Both the position numbers and the translations under genes were made by a program. A DNA stretch of 64,000 nt from an uncultured delta proteobacterium (lineage in GTDB: Bacteria > Desulfobacterota > Binatia > DP-6), in contig CAWFFN010000005.1 of assembly GCA_963815115.1 (NCBI GenBank), positions 1,312,001 to 1,376,000 of the forward strand, in the 5' to 3' direction. Positions 29,689 through 40,778 of the stretch are shown piece by piece. The notes beneath the pieces are model-generated. The model did not search any database. It was not told the origin of the DNA and saw only the letters and a program-made list of their open reading frames with translations. How positions within the stretch are numbered: position 1 is the stretch's first letter; every line of letters begins with the position of its first letter.

Positions 29689-31442
29689 TCAGCGGGTCGT
29701 CGGGCGGCGGGGAAACTTGACGAAGGGAAGGCGCACGTTCCGGACCTTCACGCGATCGGAGCGCATGTCCGCGGGCGGCCGGAATCCGCGGCCGGCGGCG
29801 AAGGAGATGATGTCGTCCTGATCGACGCCGTCGCCGCTCACCCCGGCACCCCCGATGAGCCTCCGACCTCGGTAGAGGGGTACGCTGCCGGGGAAGATCT
29901 GGATGCCATTGCCGATGCCGGGGATGGTGCTGCACGGCGATACGATCAGTCCCACCGTCAGGAGCATGACAAGGGCGCCCGAACACGAGGTCGATCTGCA
30001 GCCCGTCATTGAAAATGCTGAAGTCGCCGATGGGCACCGAGAAGGGACCGTGGAAGGTCCCGTCGATTCCGTCCGGGAAGAACGGACGGCTGAGGAATCC
30101 GCCTGCCCGGTCGCTGAAGGCGACGCTGCCGTCGAGGTCGATGCCCTCGCGACGCGCCGCTTCAACGAATTGGTCGAGATTGATTGAGGAGTCGGACGCT
30201 GCTGCGCAGTCGAGCACCCGCCTGCGAGCTGCTGAAGAACGCCGCCGTACGGCCCTTCTGCGCTGAGACGTCGAACCCGAACGTCGGGGCGTCCTGCGTG
30301 CGGAAGATGCCGAGTATGTTTCCGGCTCGGTCGACGATCGTGATGTTGACGCGCGCCCGGTCGCCCAGGGGCCGGCGGATGCCGGCTCGCGTGCGGTTCG
30401 CCTGGTGGGCGCCTTGCTTCAGCAAGCGCTGCACCTGCGCGGCCGTGAGCCCCGGCCCGGGCGGCGGATCGATGCTGTCGCGGGGTGGGTAGTAGCGCGG
30501 GTCGACGGTCCCCTTCACGCCACCCAGGGTAGCCGGAACGAATCGGCTTGGCGGCGTATCGATCGGAGCGACGTCCCCCGGACCGAAGGTGACCGTGGCC
30601 GCGGGAACGATCGGTGTCTCATCGAGATTCGAGAACGGGAAGCGGAGGCCGTTCACCAGGATCTGGTCGCCGCGGATGAAGGCCGGTGCCTCGTACCCGC
30701 GCGTCGCCGCCACCGCGATGCGTTCCTCGTCGGTCACCTCGAGATCGGTCGGGTTGCGATCCACCGTGTAGCGCCCGTTCCCCTCCACCCCGACACCACC
30801 GGCGGCTCGCCCATTCTTGTACAGCGGGAGGCCGCCCGGGTCGGCCGAGAGGCCGAGCGGCAGCGTTCCAGCCGGCAGTGGCAGCAGCGGCGGAGGTAGC
30901 GTGACCCCGGGCCGCGGGATGACATCGCCGCACGGCAGCTGGGAGAACTGCACGCCGAAGAGCGGGCCGCTCGACGTGTTCCGGATCAGGGGCGGAAAAT
31001 GTTGCTGGATGATGAAGCCGGCCGTCCGAGTCGTGAACGCGTTGCCCTGGGTGCTGAAGAAAGCTGCCGTGCCCCCCTTCGAGAGCGCCGCCAGCATGGC
31101 GAAGTTGACCTGGCACACCGGTGGCCCGGGCGGCGGTATGTCCGGAAAGCATGGGGGTTGAGGGGGCAGGGTCGTTCCGTCGAGCCCCTGTGGGTTCTTG
31201 GCGCCACCGTCGATCCTGATGGACTGATCCGCCCCGTCCATCACGTGCGTCCCCAGCACGTTCCCCTCGCGGTCGAGCACCGCGATGTTGACGGGTAGTC
31301 CGACGCGCTGCGCCTCGCTCACCGCCTGGCCGATGACGCGCGTGACGTCCGCGGCCGTCAGCGTCTGAGACGCCGCGGGCGCGGTCAGCGCCACGGCACC
31401 GGCCAAGCACGCGCCGGTCAGCGTCGGCAGCCGAGCCCGCAC
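29689..31442 (-). CDS. secreted tandem GlcG/HbpS-like heme-binding protein, frameshifted near 30215 and 29980
   Basis: Signal peptide; IAVLDREGNVLG, GGLPLYKNG..AGGVGV, ITIVDRAGNILG, PGSVPLYRG..IGGAGVSGDGVDQDD; spread across three frames. Confidence 0.8.
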
Positions 31443-31448
31443 GCGGGC

Positions 31449-33332
31449 TTGCTTAGCGAATGTGGACCGAACACGCAAGATTTGGTATGCGCGCCCGACA
31501 TTCACGACGAATCTGGAGACCCAGGTACGAAGCTCGTCCACGCACTGGCGCTGGCCTTCGTCGCACTCGCGCTCGCCGCTCCGGTGTGGGCGGAGCCGCA
31601 GGACGCAGGCAATGCCACGCCGCGGCGCCGCCCCCTGCCTTCGCCGCCCGAGCCTCCCCCCGCCGTCGAGCCGGGGCCGCCCGTGGAGAACACCGAGGAG
31701 CCGACCGGCTACACCGGTCCGCCGGCGCCGCCGGAGACGTTCCCGGCGGAGGAAGAGGTGGACTCCCGGAACCGCTGGCGCGTGGGCTTGCCCTTCTACA
31801 ATCGCCAGCCCGACAACATCCACGAGGCGCCGCTGGTCCGCGGGCAGTGGTGGGATCCGTACGACCAGAACGTGCTGAAGGGCGACTACCCGGTCTTCGG
31901 CACCCAGAACACCTTCTTCGCCTTCACCCTGCGCAGCGACACGCTGCTCGAAGGCCGGCGCCTGCCGACGCCGAGCGACGTCAGCTCGGCCCGGCCCGGG
32001 AGCTACCAGTTCTTCGGCAACGGCTCGTCGCTGCTCTTCAACCAGAACTTTCCGCTCACCGTCGAGCTGTTCGAGGGCAACGCGGGATTCCGCCCCCGCC
32101 AGTGGGAGCTGCGCGCCACGCCGGTCTTCAACGTCAACTACCTCTCCGCGCGCGAGCAGGGTGTCGTCAACATCAATCCGGCGCACGGCACCACGCGGCT
32201 CGACGGCCACGTGGCGATGCAGGAGCTCTTCGGTGACTACGAGCTGGCGACGGTCGGGCCCTACTTCGACACCATCAACGTGCGGGGCGGCATCCAGGGG
32301 TTCAGCAGCGACTTTCGCGGCTTCCTGTTCGTCGACCACCCGGCGGGCCTGAAGCTCTCGGGGACGTACGGCGCGAATCGCACGCAGTGGAACGTCGCCT
32401 ACTTCCGGCCGCTCGACAAGGACACCAACACGGGCCTGAACTCGTTCCACGATCGGGATCAGAACGTCGCGATCGGGACCCTGACGCGCCAGGACTTCCT
32501 CTTTCCGGGCTACTTCGCCGAGCTGATCGGGGCGTTCGACCGCGACAATGCGAGCAAGCGCTTCGACTCGAATGGCTTCCTGGTGCGCCCCGCGGCGATC
32601 GGCGACGCCGCCCCGCACCAGATCACGGTGGGCTATCTCGGCTGGACCGGTGACGGCCACATCGACCGCATCGGCGTCAGCCATGCCTTCTTCCAGGCGA
32701 TCGGACGCGACGACCGCAACCCGATCGCCGGCCGCGCCACCGATGTGAACGCGCAGATGGCCGCGCTCGAGGTGTCGTACGACCGCGACTGGCTGCGTCC
32801 GAAGGCGTCGTTCTTCTGGTCGTCGGGTGACGGCAAGCCGACCGACGGCACGGCGCGGGGCTTCGATTCGATCCTCGACGATCCGCTCTTCGTGGGCGGC
32901 CCGACGAGCTTCTGGGATCGCCAGGGGATCAAGCTCACCGGCACGAACGTCAACCTCACGAACCGCTTCAGCCTCCTGCCGAACCTCCGACCGAGCAACA
33001 TCCAGGGCCAGCAGAACTTCGTGAACCCGGGCATCTTCATCTTCAACGTCGGCCTGTTCGGCCGCCTGACGCCGAAGCTCGCCTTCGAGGCCAACGTCAA
33101 CTACCTGCGCTTCCAGGAGCCGGCGCCGCTCAAGCTGGTGCTGCTCCAGCACCAGATCGGGCACTCCGTCGGGATCGACTACAGCATCGCGTTCACCTAC
33201 CGGCCGCTGCTGATCGACAACATCATCCTGGTCGCTGGCCTCGCGGGGCTGACGCCGCTCGACGGCTTCCGCGACATCTACACCGCCCAGACGCTGTTCC
33301 AGGGATTCCTGAACGTGATCCTGACCTACTGA
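31449..33332 (+). CDS. putative outer-membrane beta-barrel protein (start uncertain)
   Basis: Signal-like [16 protein letters not shown], Pro-rich linker, aromatic amphipathic strands, C-terminal ..LNVILTY beta-signal; TGATG overlap with the next gene. Confidence 0.7.
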   Translation: MLSECGPNTQDLVCAPDIHDESGDPGTKLVHALALAFVALALAAPVWAEPQDAGNATPRRRPLPSPPEPPPAVEPGPPVENTEEPTGYTGPPAPPETFPAEEEVDSRNRWRVGLPFYNRQPDNIHEAPLVRGQWWDPYDQNVLKGDYPVFGTQNTFFAFTLRSDTLLEGRRLPTPSDVSSARPGSYQFFGNGSSLLFNQNFPLTVELFEGNAGFRPRQWELRATPVFNVNYLSAREQGVVNINPAHGTTRLDGHVAMQELFGDYELATVGPYFDTINVRGGIQGFSSDFRGFLFVDHPAGLKLSGTYGANRTQWNVAYFRPLDKDTNTGLNSFHDRDQNVAIGTLTRQDFLFPGYFAELIGAFDRDNASKRFDSNGFLVRPAAIGDAAPHQITVGYLGWTGDGHIDRIGVSHAFFQAIGRDDRNPIAGRATDVNAQMAALEVSYDRDWLRPKASFFWSSGDGKPTDGTARGFDSILDDPLFVGGPTSFWDRQGIKLTGTNVNLTNRFSLLPNLRPSNIQGQQNFVNPGIFIFNVGLFGRLTPKLAFEANVNYLRFQEPAPLKLVLLQHQIGHSVGIDYSIAFTYRPLLIDNIILVAGLAGLTPLDGFRDIYTAQTLFQGFLNVILTY

Positions 33333-36300
33333 TGCGCGTGTCCGGACGTCTTCTGATCCTCGCGGTGCTGGGGGCGAGCGTCGCCCGCGCGGCGCCGCCG
33401 CCGCCCGGCCTGTTCGAGAACCAGCCGGCGGCGAGCGTGCCGGCGGGCAGCGAGGGATGCATCACGTGCCACACCGTCTACGATGACAGGGTGCAGCGGA
33501 CGGCGGTCCTCGAGGACTCCGCAACCATGCACCCGAGCGGGACGGTGAACCTCGGTTGCGCGGACTGCCACGGTGGCCACCCCGAGGTCTTCCGGCCGCC
33601 AGGGGCAGAGCCCGAGACGCCGGCATACGAGGACGCGCTACGGCGCGCTCACGTGCTGCCCGCGCATCCGGACGTCTGGAAGACCTCGGCGAACCCCGTG
33701 CGTTCGTACACGGCGCTCAACCGCGAGAGCGCCGACTTCGTGCGCTTCATCAACCCCGGCGACCTTCGCGCCGCCAAGAAGAGCTGCGGCCGCGCGGGCT
33801 GTCATCCTTCCGAGGTGGCCCGGGTGCGCACCAGCATGATGACCCACGGCGCCATGCTGTGGGAGGCGGCGCTCTACAACAACGGGGCGTTTCCGCTGAA
33901 GAACGCCCGTTTCGGCGAGAGCTACGGCCTCGACGGCACGCCCCAGCGCCTGCAGACGATTCCGCAGCCCGCTCCCGACGACACCACGCTCCACGGCATC
34001 CTGCCGTTCCTCGATCCGCTGCCGCGCTTCGAGGTGACGCAGCCGAGCAACATCCTGCGCGTCTTCGAGCGCGGCGACAATCGGCTGAGCATTCGCGGAC
34101 TCGGCACCCTCAACCGCACCGACCCCGTCTTTCAGGGTCTCCAGCGCACGCGGCTTCTCGACCCGATCCTCTCGTTGCTCGGCACCAACGACCATCCCGG
34201 GGACTACCGCTCCAGCGGCTGCACCGCCTGCCATGTCGTCTACGCCAACGACCGCGATCGCTTCCACTCCGGGCCGTACGCCGAGTACGGCAACCTCGGC
34301 ACGGCGGCGACCGCCGATCCCACCATCCCGCACGACGAGCGCGGCCACCCCATCCACCACGTCTTCACCCGCGGCGTCCCGTCGAGCCAGTGCGTCGTGT
34401 GCCACGTGCACCCCGGAACGTCCTTCGCCAATGCCTATCTCGGCTTCACGTGGTGGGACAACGAGACCCACGGCGAGTTCATGTATCCGCGCCGCGAGCA
34501 GCATCCGACACAGGAGCAGGAGTACGAGAGCTACACCGCCAACCCCGAGGGTTCGGCGCTCCGCGGTCTGTGGTCGGACCTCTATCCCGACCAGGCGAAC
34601 CACCTCGGCGAGGTCGGGGGACCGGACTTCCTCGAGCGCACCTGGGAGCTGAACCCCCAGCTTCACCTGACGAAGTTCGCCGACTTCCACGGCCACGGCT
34701 GGATGTTCCGGGCGATCTTCAAGCACGACCGCAAGGGCGATCTGCTCGACGCGCAGGGTGACGTGGTCGATCCGGTCACGCCGGAGAACACCCAGGTCGC
34801 GCTCGAGACTGCGGTGGAGGGCCGGCCGCACGGCGGGGCGGGCATCCCCGTGCACCTGAAGGACATCCACCTCGAGAAGGGCATGCACTGCAGTGACTGC
34901 CACTTCGAGCAGGACGTGCACGGCAACGGAAAGCTGTACGGCGAGACCCGCAACGCGATCGAGGTCGAATGCGTCGACTGCCACGGGACGGTTCGCGGGC
35001 GCGCGACGCTGCACACGTCGGGGCCCGCCGCCCCGCCCGGCGGCACCGACCTCTCGACCAAGGTGACGCCCTTCGGCACGCCGCTCTTCGAACGCCGGGG
35101 AGATCGACTGGTGCAGCACTCCATGGTCGAGCGCGATCGGTCCTGGGAGGTCGTGCAGGTCCTCGACAGCATCACGCCGGGCAATCCGCACTACAGCGAG
35201 CTGTCGCGCCTGGCGAAGACGCTCCGCCGCGACGGCAGGACGTGGGGCGACGTGCCGCCCGACGCGGCCGACGTCCGCGCGGGCGGCGATCCGCCCGCGT
35301 GGGGCACACCGGCTCCCCGCCCGGCGGGCGACCCGGCCAGCACCCTGGCGCACCGGGACGACGACCTCGCCTGCTACACCTGTCACACGTCGTGGATGAC
35401 GAGCTGCTTCGGCTGCCACCTGCCGATGCGGGCCAACTGGAAGCGGCCGCTGCTGCACTACGAGGGCGACGAGGAGCGCAACTGGACGAGCTACAACTAC
35501 CAGGTCCTGCGCGACGACGTCTTCATGCTCGGCCGCGACGGTACGGTGAAGCGGAACCGCATCGCGCCGGTCCGGTCGTCCAGCGCGGTCCTCGTCGGCT
35601 CCCAGAACCTGAACCGCGAGTGGCTCTACTCGCAGCAGCAGACCGTCTCGAGCGAGGGCTACGCCGGGCAGGCGTTCAATCCGCACTTCCCGCACGCGGT
35701 GCGTGGCGGCAACGAGACCAAGCAGTGCGTCGACTGCCACGTGTCCAAGGAGGACGACAACAACGCCTGGATGGCCCAGGTGCTCCTCCAGGGCACCAAC
35801 TTCGTCAACTTCCTCGGGCGCTACGTCTGGGTGGCGGAGGAGGACGAAGGGCTGGAGGCCGTGGTCGTCACCGAGCAGGACGAGCCCCAGGCCGTCATCG
35901 GGAGCCGGCTGCATTCGCTGGCCTATCCCCAGCGCTACCAGGCGCACGTCGCGCGCGGCCGGCTGCTGCCGGGCTCGCGCATGTTCGAGCACCCGGGACA
36001 CGACGTCCTCTCGCTGCCCTGGACGCGGGAGAAGGTGCAGTTCCTGCAGCTCCGTGGCGAATACCTCTACAGCGCCAACGGCCCGGGCGGCGCACGCATC
36101 TTCGACGTCGCCGACATCGACAACAAGAAGAACCCCGAGCGCATCACGACGTCGGTCATCTCGCCGCTCGGCCAGCGCCTCTACGTGCGCACGCGCGACG
36201 CCGCGGCGGTCCTGTCACCGTCGACGCTGGCGGTCGACCCCACGCGACCCCACCTACCGGAGAACGAGGAACGGAAGCCGATCCACACGCTGTACGGGTA

Positions 36301-37219
36301 CCTCTACATCCTCGATCGCGAGGAGGGCCTCGTGGTCACGCCCGCCAAGACGTTGCTCAACGGCGACCCGAACGACAACTTCCTCGAGCGAGCCCGGTTC
36401 CGCGACGGCACGACCGCTTTCAACCCCGGCGGCGTGCTGACGGGTGCAGTGAACGGTCAGGTCGCCGGACGCTACCTGTACGTGTGCGCCCGCGCCGGTC
36501 TCCTGGTCGTCGATATCGACGATCCCCTCGCCCCGCGGGTCGTCGCGACCCTCGCGTCGCCCGCCGTGGACGACCCGCGCGCGGTGGTGATCCAGTTCCG
36601 CTACGCCTTCGTGGCCGATGCGCGCGGCCTCGAGGTGATCGACGTGACCGACCCGACGCGACCCGTGCCCCGCGCCTCCGTCCCGATCGCGGACGCGCGC
36701 GACGTCTACGTTGCCCGGACGTACGCCTACGTGGCGGGCGGCGCGCAGGGTCTGGTGATCGTCGACGTCGAGCAGCCCGAGCATCCTTCCATCGATCAGG
36801 TGTACGATGCGGACAGGCAGATCGACGACACCCGGTCGGTGAAGGTCGGCATGACGAACGCCAGCCTGTTCGCCTACCTCGCGGACGGCAAGAACGGGCT
36901 TCGCGTCGTGCAGCTGATGTCGCCCGACACGCCCGGGTACACCGGTTTCAGCCCGCGGCCACGTCCCGATCTGCCGGGGCTGGGGCTCATCGCCACCTAC
37001 CGCACGCACGGTCCAGCGGTGGCGCTGTCGAAGGGGCTCGACCGCGACCGCGCGGTCGACGAGAGCGGCAACCAGGTGGCGGTCTTCGGGCGGCGTGGGG
37101 CCGGTCCGCTCACCCTCGAGGATCAGCACCGCCTCTACCTCCGGGACGGCGGGGTGTACGCGGTGCCGGTGCTGCGCGACGCGGCCGCGGTGCGGCGGGA
37201 GTTCGGCGCGCCGCGCTAG
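33332..37219 (+). CDS. secreted multiheme cytochrome c with C-terminal LVIVD-repeat beta-propeller
   Basis: Signal peptide; nine CxxCH plus one CX4CH (CGRAGCH); repeats [37 protein letters not shown]. Confidence 0.9.
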   Translation: MRVSGRLLILAVLGASVARAAPPPPGLFENQPAASVPAGSEGCITCHTVYDDRVQRTAVLEDSATMHPSGTVNLGCADCHGGHPEVFRPPGAEPETPAYEDALRRAHVLPAHPDVWKTSANPVRSYTALNRESADFVRFINPGDLRAAKKSCGRAGCHPSEVARVRTSMMTHGAMLWEAALYNNGAFPLKNARFGESYGLDGTPQRLQTIPQPAPDDTTLHGILPFLDPLPRFEVTQPSNILRVFERGDNRLSIRGLGTLNRTDPVFQGLQRTRLLDPILSLLGTNDHPGDYRSSGCTACHVVYANDRDRFHSGPYAEYGNLGTAATADPTIPHDERGHPIHHVFTRGVPSSQCVVCHVHPGTSFANAYLGFTWWDNETHGEFMYPRREQHPTQEQEYESYTANPEGSALRGLWSDLYPDQANHLGEVGGPDFLERTWELNPQLHLTKFADFHGHGWMFRAIFKHDRKGDLLDAQGDVVDPVTPENTQVALETAVEGRPHGGAGIPVHLKDIHLEKGMHCSDCHFEQDVHGNGKLYGETRNAIEVECVDCHGTVRGRATLHTSGPAAPPGGTDLSTKVTPFGTPLFERRGDRLVQHSMVERDRSWEVVQVLDSITPGNPHYSELSRLAKTLRRDGRTWGDVPPDAADVRAGGDPPAWGTPAPRPAGDPASTLAHRDDDLACYTCHTSWMTSCFGCHLPMRANWKRPLLHYEGDEERNWTSYNYQVLRDDVFMLGRDGTVKRNRIAPVRSSSAVLVGSQNLNREWLYSQQQTVSSEGYAGQAFNPHFPHAVRGGNETKQCVDCHVSKEDDNNAWMAQVLLQGTNFVNFLGRYVWVAEEDEGLEAVVVTEQDEPQAVIGSRLHSLAYPQRYQAHVARGRLLPGSRMFEHPGHDVLSLPWTREKVQFLQLRGEYLYSANGPGGARIFDVADIDNKKNPERITTSVISPLGQRLYVRTRDAAAVLSPSTLAVDPTRPHLPENEERKPIHTLYGYLYILDREEGLVVTPAKTLLNGDPNDNFLERARFRDGTTAFNPGGVLTGAVNGQVAGRYLYVCARAGLLVVDIDDPLAPRVVATLASPAVDDPRAVVIQFRYAFVADARGLEVIDVTDPTRPVPRASVPIADARDVYVARTYAYVAGGAQGLVIVDVEQPEHPSIDQVYDADRQIDDTRSVKVGMTNASLFAYLADGKNGLRVVQLMSPDTPGYTGFSPRPRPDLPGLGLIATYRTHGPAVALSKGLDRDRAVDESGNQVAVFGRRGAGPLTLEDQHRLYLRDGGVYAVPVLRDAAAVRREFGAPR

Positions 37220-37710
37220 AGGCGGTGCAGGTTCTTGTCGCGCTCGATCGACAGCTCGGCGGTGGTGCGGCGCAGCCGTTCGACGAGGAACGCGGCGGCG
37301 TTGCGGTAGAGGAGGGCGGCCGCCTGCGGCCGCTTGCGGAGCTCCTCGCGCAGGCTCGCGTACGGCACCCGGATCAGAGAGCAATGGGCGCCGGCGACGG
37401 CCGTGGCCGAGCGCGGCCCGTGGTGCACGTCGAGGAAGGCCATCTCACCGAACTCGTCGCCGACGCCGAGGGTGGTGATGAGCGTCTCGCCGTCGGTCGC
37501 GTCGGAGTCGGCGGCGAGGATGTCCACGGATCCGGCCTCGACGAGGTAGAGCGCATCGGCGATGTCGCCCTGCCGGAAGATGACCTCGCCGGGCGCGTAC
37601 GTCCGCTTCTCGGCGATCGCCTCCATGACCGTCCTGAGCAGGGTCGGCGCGGAGACGTCGTCGCCCATGTGGCTGCGCAGCAGGTAGAAATCCTTCAGCA
37701 GCTCCGCCAT
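37216..37710 (-). CDS. stand-alone cyclic nucleotide-binding protein
   Basis: [29 protein letters not shown]...PRSATA; no HTH. Confidence 0.88.
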   Translation of the reverse strand: MAELLKDFYLLRSHMGDDVSAPTLLRTVMEAIAEKRTYAPGEVIFRQGDIADALYLVEAGSVDILAADSDATDGETLITTLGVGDEFGEMAFLDVHHGPRSATAVAGAHCSLIRVPYASLREELRKRPQAAALLYRNAAAFLVERLRRTTAELSIERDKNLHRL

Positions 37711-37756
37711 CCGCGGGCGTCGACGTATCACGATGGCCCGGGCAACTCCAGACGGC

Positions 37757-39973
37757 TCACTTCTCCTTCGGCCGGTAGACGCCGTCCCAACCCTCGTCGG
37801 GCGGTGCCGCGCGCAGCTCTCGGATGCGGCGGGCAAGCTCGGCGGCCGGTCCGTCGCAGCCCCACTCCGCCGTGAAACGCGCGACCCGCGCTTCCGCGCC
37901 CTCCCAGTCGCGTGCCCGATAGGCAGCGAGAACCTCGGCGAAGCCGGCGGCGAGTCGCCGCCGGCTGCCATCGGTATCGGCGGCGATCGGGCCGAGCAAC
38001 TCGTAGATGGTCACGGACCGGTGCTTGCCCTTCACCTCGACACGATCGACCTCGCGGCAGACGAAGTCGTCGGCCACCTCGCGCTGCGTCGTCTCCGACA
38101 GCAGGATGCGGGTGCGGTAGGTCTTGTTCAGGCCTTCGAGGCGCGATGCCAGGTTCACGTGGTCACCCATGGCGGTGTAATTGAAGCGCGTCGCCGAGCC
38201 GAAGTTCCCGACCACGACCTCGCCGGTGTCGATGCCGATGCCGATGGCCACGTGGGGCCACCCGAGGGTGCGCCAGCGCTGGTTGAGCGGGGCGAGCGCG
38301 TCCAGCATGTGCAGTGCAGTCTGGCAGGCGCGCTTCGCGTGATCGGGAACCGCGACCGGGGCGCCCCAGAGCGCCATCACCGCGTCACCGATGTACTTGT
38401 CGAGTAGCCCCCGATGCTCGAAGAGGATGTTCGTCATCGCGGTGAGATACTCGTTCATCAGCTTGGCGACCTCCTCGGGCCCTGAGCGCTCCTGGAGTGC
38501 CTCGACGTTCGTCGTGAAGCCGCGGATGTCCGAGAAGAAGACCGTGACCGTGCACCGATCACCACCGAGACGAACGCGCTCGGGCTCGCGCGCGAGCTGC
38601 TCGGTCACCTCGGGGTCGAGGTAGAGCCGGAACGTATCGCGTATCCGTCGCTTCTCGCGCTCCTCGCCGAGGTAGCGCACGATCCCGCCCCCGAGCACCG
38701 CGAACCCGATCGCGCCGACGGGATACAGGGCGCTGAGCACGAGCCCGCGCCTCTCGAAGAGCTGCTGCGTGCCCCATGCGTATGCGATCAGCAGTCCGGC
38801 GCTCGCGCAGAAGCCCCACGCGCCAGGGATGCGCAGGAACGATCCGACGAGCGCCCCGAGGAGGAGCACCACGCCTGCCTCGAGCGGGATGATCCAGCTG
38901 GGCCGGTGCAGGCTCTGGCGCTGCAGGATGTTGTCGATGACGGTCGCGTGAATCTCGACGGCCGGCATCTCGGCGGAGAAGGGAGAGGCTCGCCTGTCGG
39001 AGCCGACGGCGGTGAGCGCGACGAGCACGATCTTCCCGTCCACGGCGCCTTCCGGGAGGCGACCGGCGATCACGTCGGACGCGCGGATGTACCGGAAGGT
39101 CCTCTCCTTGGGGCCGAGGTAGTTGATCCAGAGCTCGCCCGCCTCGTCCACGGGGATCTCGGTGGCGCCGACCCGCAGCGCTGCGACGCCGTAGCCCTCG
39201 ACGGTCATGCTCGCGGCGGCCACTCCCGCGAAGCGGCGGAACGTCTCCAGGCTGAGCGCCCCGGTGTATCGCTTGTCCAGGCGTACCACCATCGGGACGC
39301 GGCGGAAGGCTCCGTCACCATCCGGGAGGAAGTTGTAGTGTCCGGTACCTGCCGCGGCGTTGGCGAGGATGGCGATGTTGCCGTGAAAGGCGGTCGCGGC
39401 GGGGATGATGCCGACGTTCGCACCGGCCGCGACCTGCGCCGCGATCTCCGGGATCGTGGCCGCATCGCCCGTGGTCGGCGTGTCGGGCGCGGTGGGCCCG
39501 AGGTCGAAGAAGTGCGCGAGGACGACGCGCCCGGAAGCGCGCAGCGCGGCGGCCATGCGCGCGTCATTGTACGCGAGGAGCGCCGCCTCGAGCTCGCCGG
39601 CCGACTGCGGCTCGGTCTCGAGCACGTGGTGAAGGGTCTCGTGGTCGACGCTCGGGTCTGGCTGGTCGAACAGGACGTCGAACCCGATCGCTCGGGCGCC
39701 CCCCTCGGTGAGACGGTCTACCAGCGTGGCGAGCCGTGCCCGGGGCCACGGCCAGCGTCCCAGCTCCGCGAGGCTCGCCTCGTCAACGGCGACGATCACG
39801 ACCTCGCCGCTGGCCGGGACCGGTCCCCGGAGTCGGTGGCGCAAGTCGAGTGCCTTCATGTCGTACAGCTCGAGCAGCGGCAGGCCAGCGAGCCGGAGAC
39901 CTGCGAACAGGCAGGCGATGCACAGCACCACTCGCCAGACGGTGAGGCGGGGCAGCCGCCATGTCCGTTTCAC
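37757..39973 (-). CDS. CHASE2-domain class III adenylate cyclase
   Basis: GRWPWPR, IGFDVLF (CHASE2); three TM; FSDIRGFT, DKYIGDAVMA, YTAMGDHVNLASRLEG; Lys/Thr specificity pair points to ATP. Confidence 0.93.
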   Translation of the reverse strand: MKRTWRLPRLTVWRVVLCIACLFAGLRLAGLPLLELYDMKALDLRHRLRGPVPASGEVVIVAVDEASLAELGRWPWPRARLATLVDRLTEGGARAIGFDVLFDQPDPSVDHETLHHVLETEPQSAGELEAALLAYNDARMAAALRASGRVVLAHFFDLGPTAPDTPTTGDAATIPEIAAQVAAGANVGIIPAATAFHGNIAILANAAAGTGHYNFLPDGDGAFRRVPMVVRLDKRYTGALSLETFRRFAGVAAASMTVEGYGVAALRVGATEIPVDEAGELWINYLGPKERTFRYIRASDVIAGRLPEGAVDGKIVLVALTAVGSDRRASPFSAEMPAVEIHATVIDNILQRQSLHRPSWIIPLEAGVVLLLGALVGSFLRIPGAWGFCASAGLLIAYAWGTQQLFERRGLVLSALYPVGAIGFAVLGGGIVRYLGEEREKRRIRDTFRLYLDPEVTEQLAREPERVRLGGDRCTVTVFFSDIRGFTTNVEALQERSGPEEVAKLMNEYLTAMTNILFEHRGLLDKYIGDAVMALWGAPVAVPDHAKRACQTALHMLDALAPLNQRWRTLGWPHVAIGIGIDTGEVVVGNFGSATRFNYTAMGDHVNLASRLEGLNKTYRTRILLSETTQREVADDFVCREVDRVEVKGKHRSVTIYELLGPIAADTDGSRRRLAAGFAEVLAAYRARDWEGAEARVARFTAEWGCDGPAAELARRIRELRAAPPDEGWDGVYRPKEK

Positions 39974-39982
39974 GAGCGCCGA

Positions 39983-40777
39983 TCAGCGCCGCCCCTTGGG
40001 GAGGGGAGGTGGGAGCTGTTCCCGGCCCTGGGGCGGCTTCACGGGCGGCTGATTGACGACGGTCGCGGGCGGGAAGCCCGGCGACGTCGCCAGCGGAGGC
40101 GCGATGCCGGGCAGCGGCTCGATCTCGCTCTCGGGCGGGAGGCCACCGGTCAGCAGCTCGGTCGCCGCGAGCAGCTCGCGTCGTTGCTCCTCGGGCAGCG
40201 GATGCGGCCTGGTCGGCAACTTGCCGCGGGCGACCTCGGTCGCCATGCCGGGACCGAGGAACACTTCATGCCGTCCCTGGGGGTCCGCTTTCGAGCGCAC
40301 GAACGTGGTGTCGTAGAGCCCGAGGTACAGACTCTCCGCACGCGCGGGATCGTACTGGACGATGAATCCGGTCCCGCGCGCACCGCCGACGGCGGTCGGG
40401 GTATCCACCTCGACGGTCGTCCGCGGGCGCGCGTACAGGTTGCTCAGCACCACGCGTATCCTGCCCACGATGAGCGAGAATGAGAACGCCGTGTTCGCGG
40501 TCCCCTCGGTATCGGGGCCAAGCGTCTGGACCACCGTCTGGCCGCCAGGGGTAGTGGCCTGCGTCTGGAGCTTCGAGCCCGAGAGGGTCCGTTGCTGGTC
40601 CCCGTCCAGGACGGGGTCCCCCGGCCTGAGCTGCTCCCGTGCGGGGCGGCCGGCATGGAGCACCTCGGCGGTTCCCTCGACCGCGGCCACCGTGGCGGCG
40701 CGCTCCTGCCCGGCAGCCGTGAGCGCGAGGGCCGCGACGACGAGGCTCGCCGCGAAGAGTCTTCGCACGGCCCCCAT
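39983..40777 (-). CDS. secreted FecR-domain protein
   Basis: Signal peptide; L.PGD.V..GD..RT, VDTPTAVGGARGT.F. Confidence 0.8.
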   Translation of the reverse strand: MGAVRRLFAASLVVAALALTAAGQERAATVAAVEGTAEVLHAGRPAREQLRPGDPVLDGDQQRTLSGSKLQTQATTPGGQTVVQTLGPDTEGTANTAFSFSLIVGRIRVVLSNLYARPRTTVEVDTPTAVGGARGTGFIVQYDPARAESLYLGLYDTTFVRSKADPQGRHEVFLGPGMATEVARGKLPTRPHPLPEEQRRELLAATELLTGGLPPESEIEPLPGIAPPLATSPGFPPATVVNQPPVKPPQGREQLPPPLPKGRR

Positions 40778-40778
40778 G

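Noticed and set aside
22850-30230. Programmed ribosomal frameshifting or selenocysteine recoding
   Set aside because: No shared slippery sequence at the five sites, and the breaks are frame changes, not in-frame TGA at Cys positions
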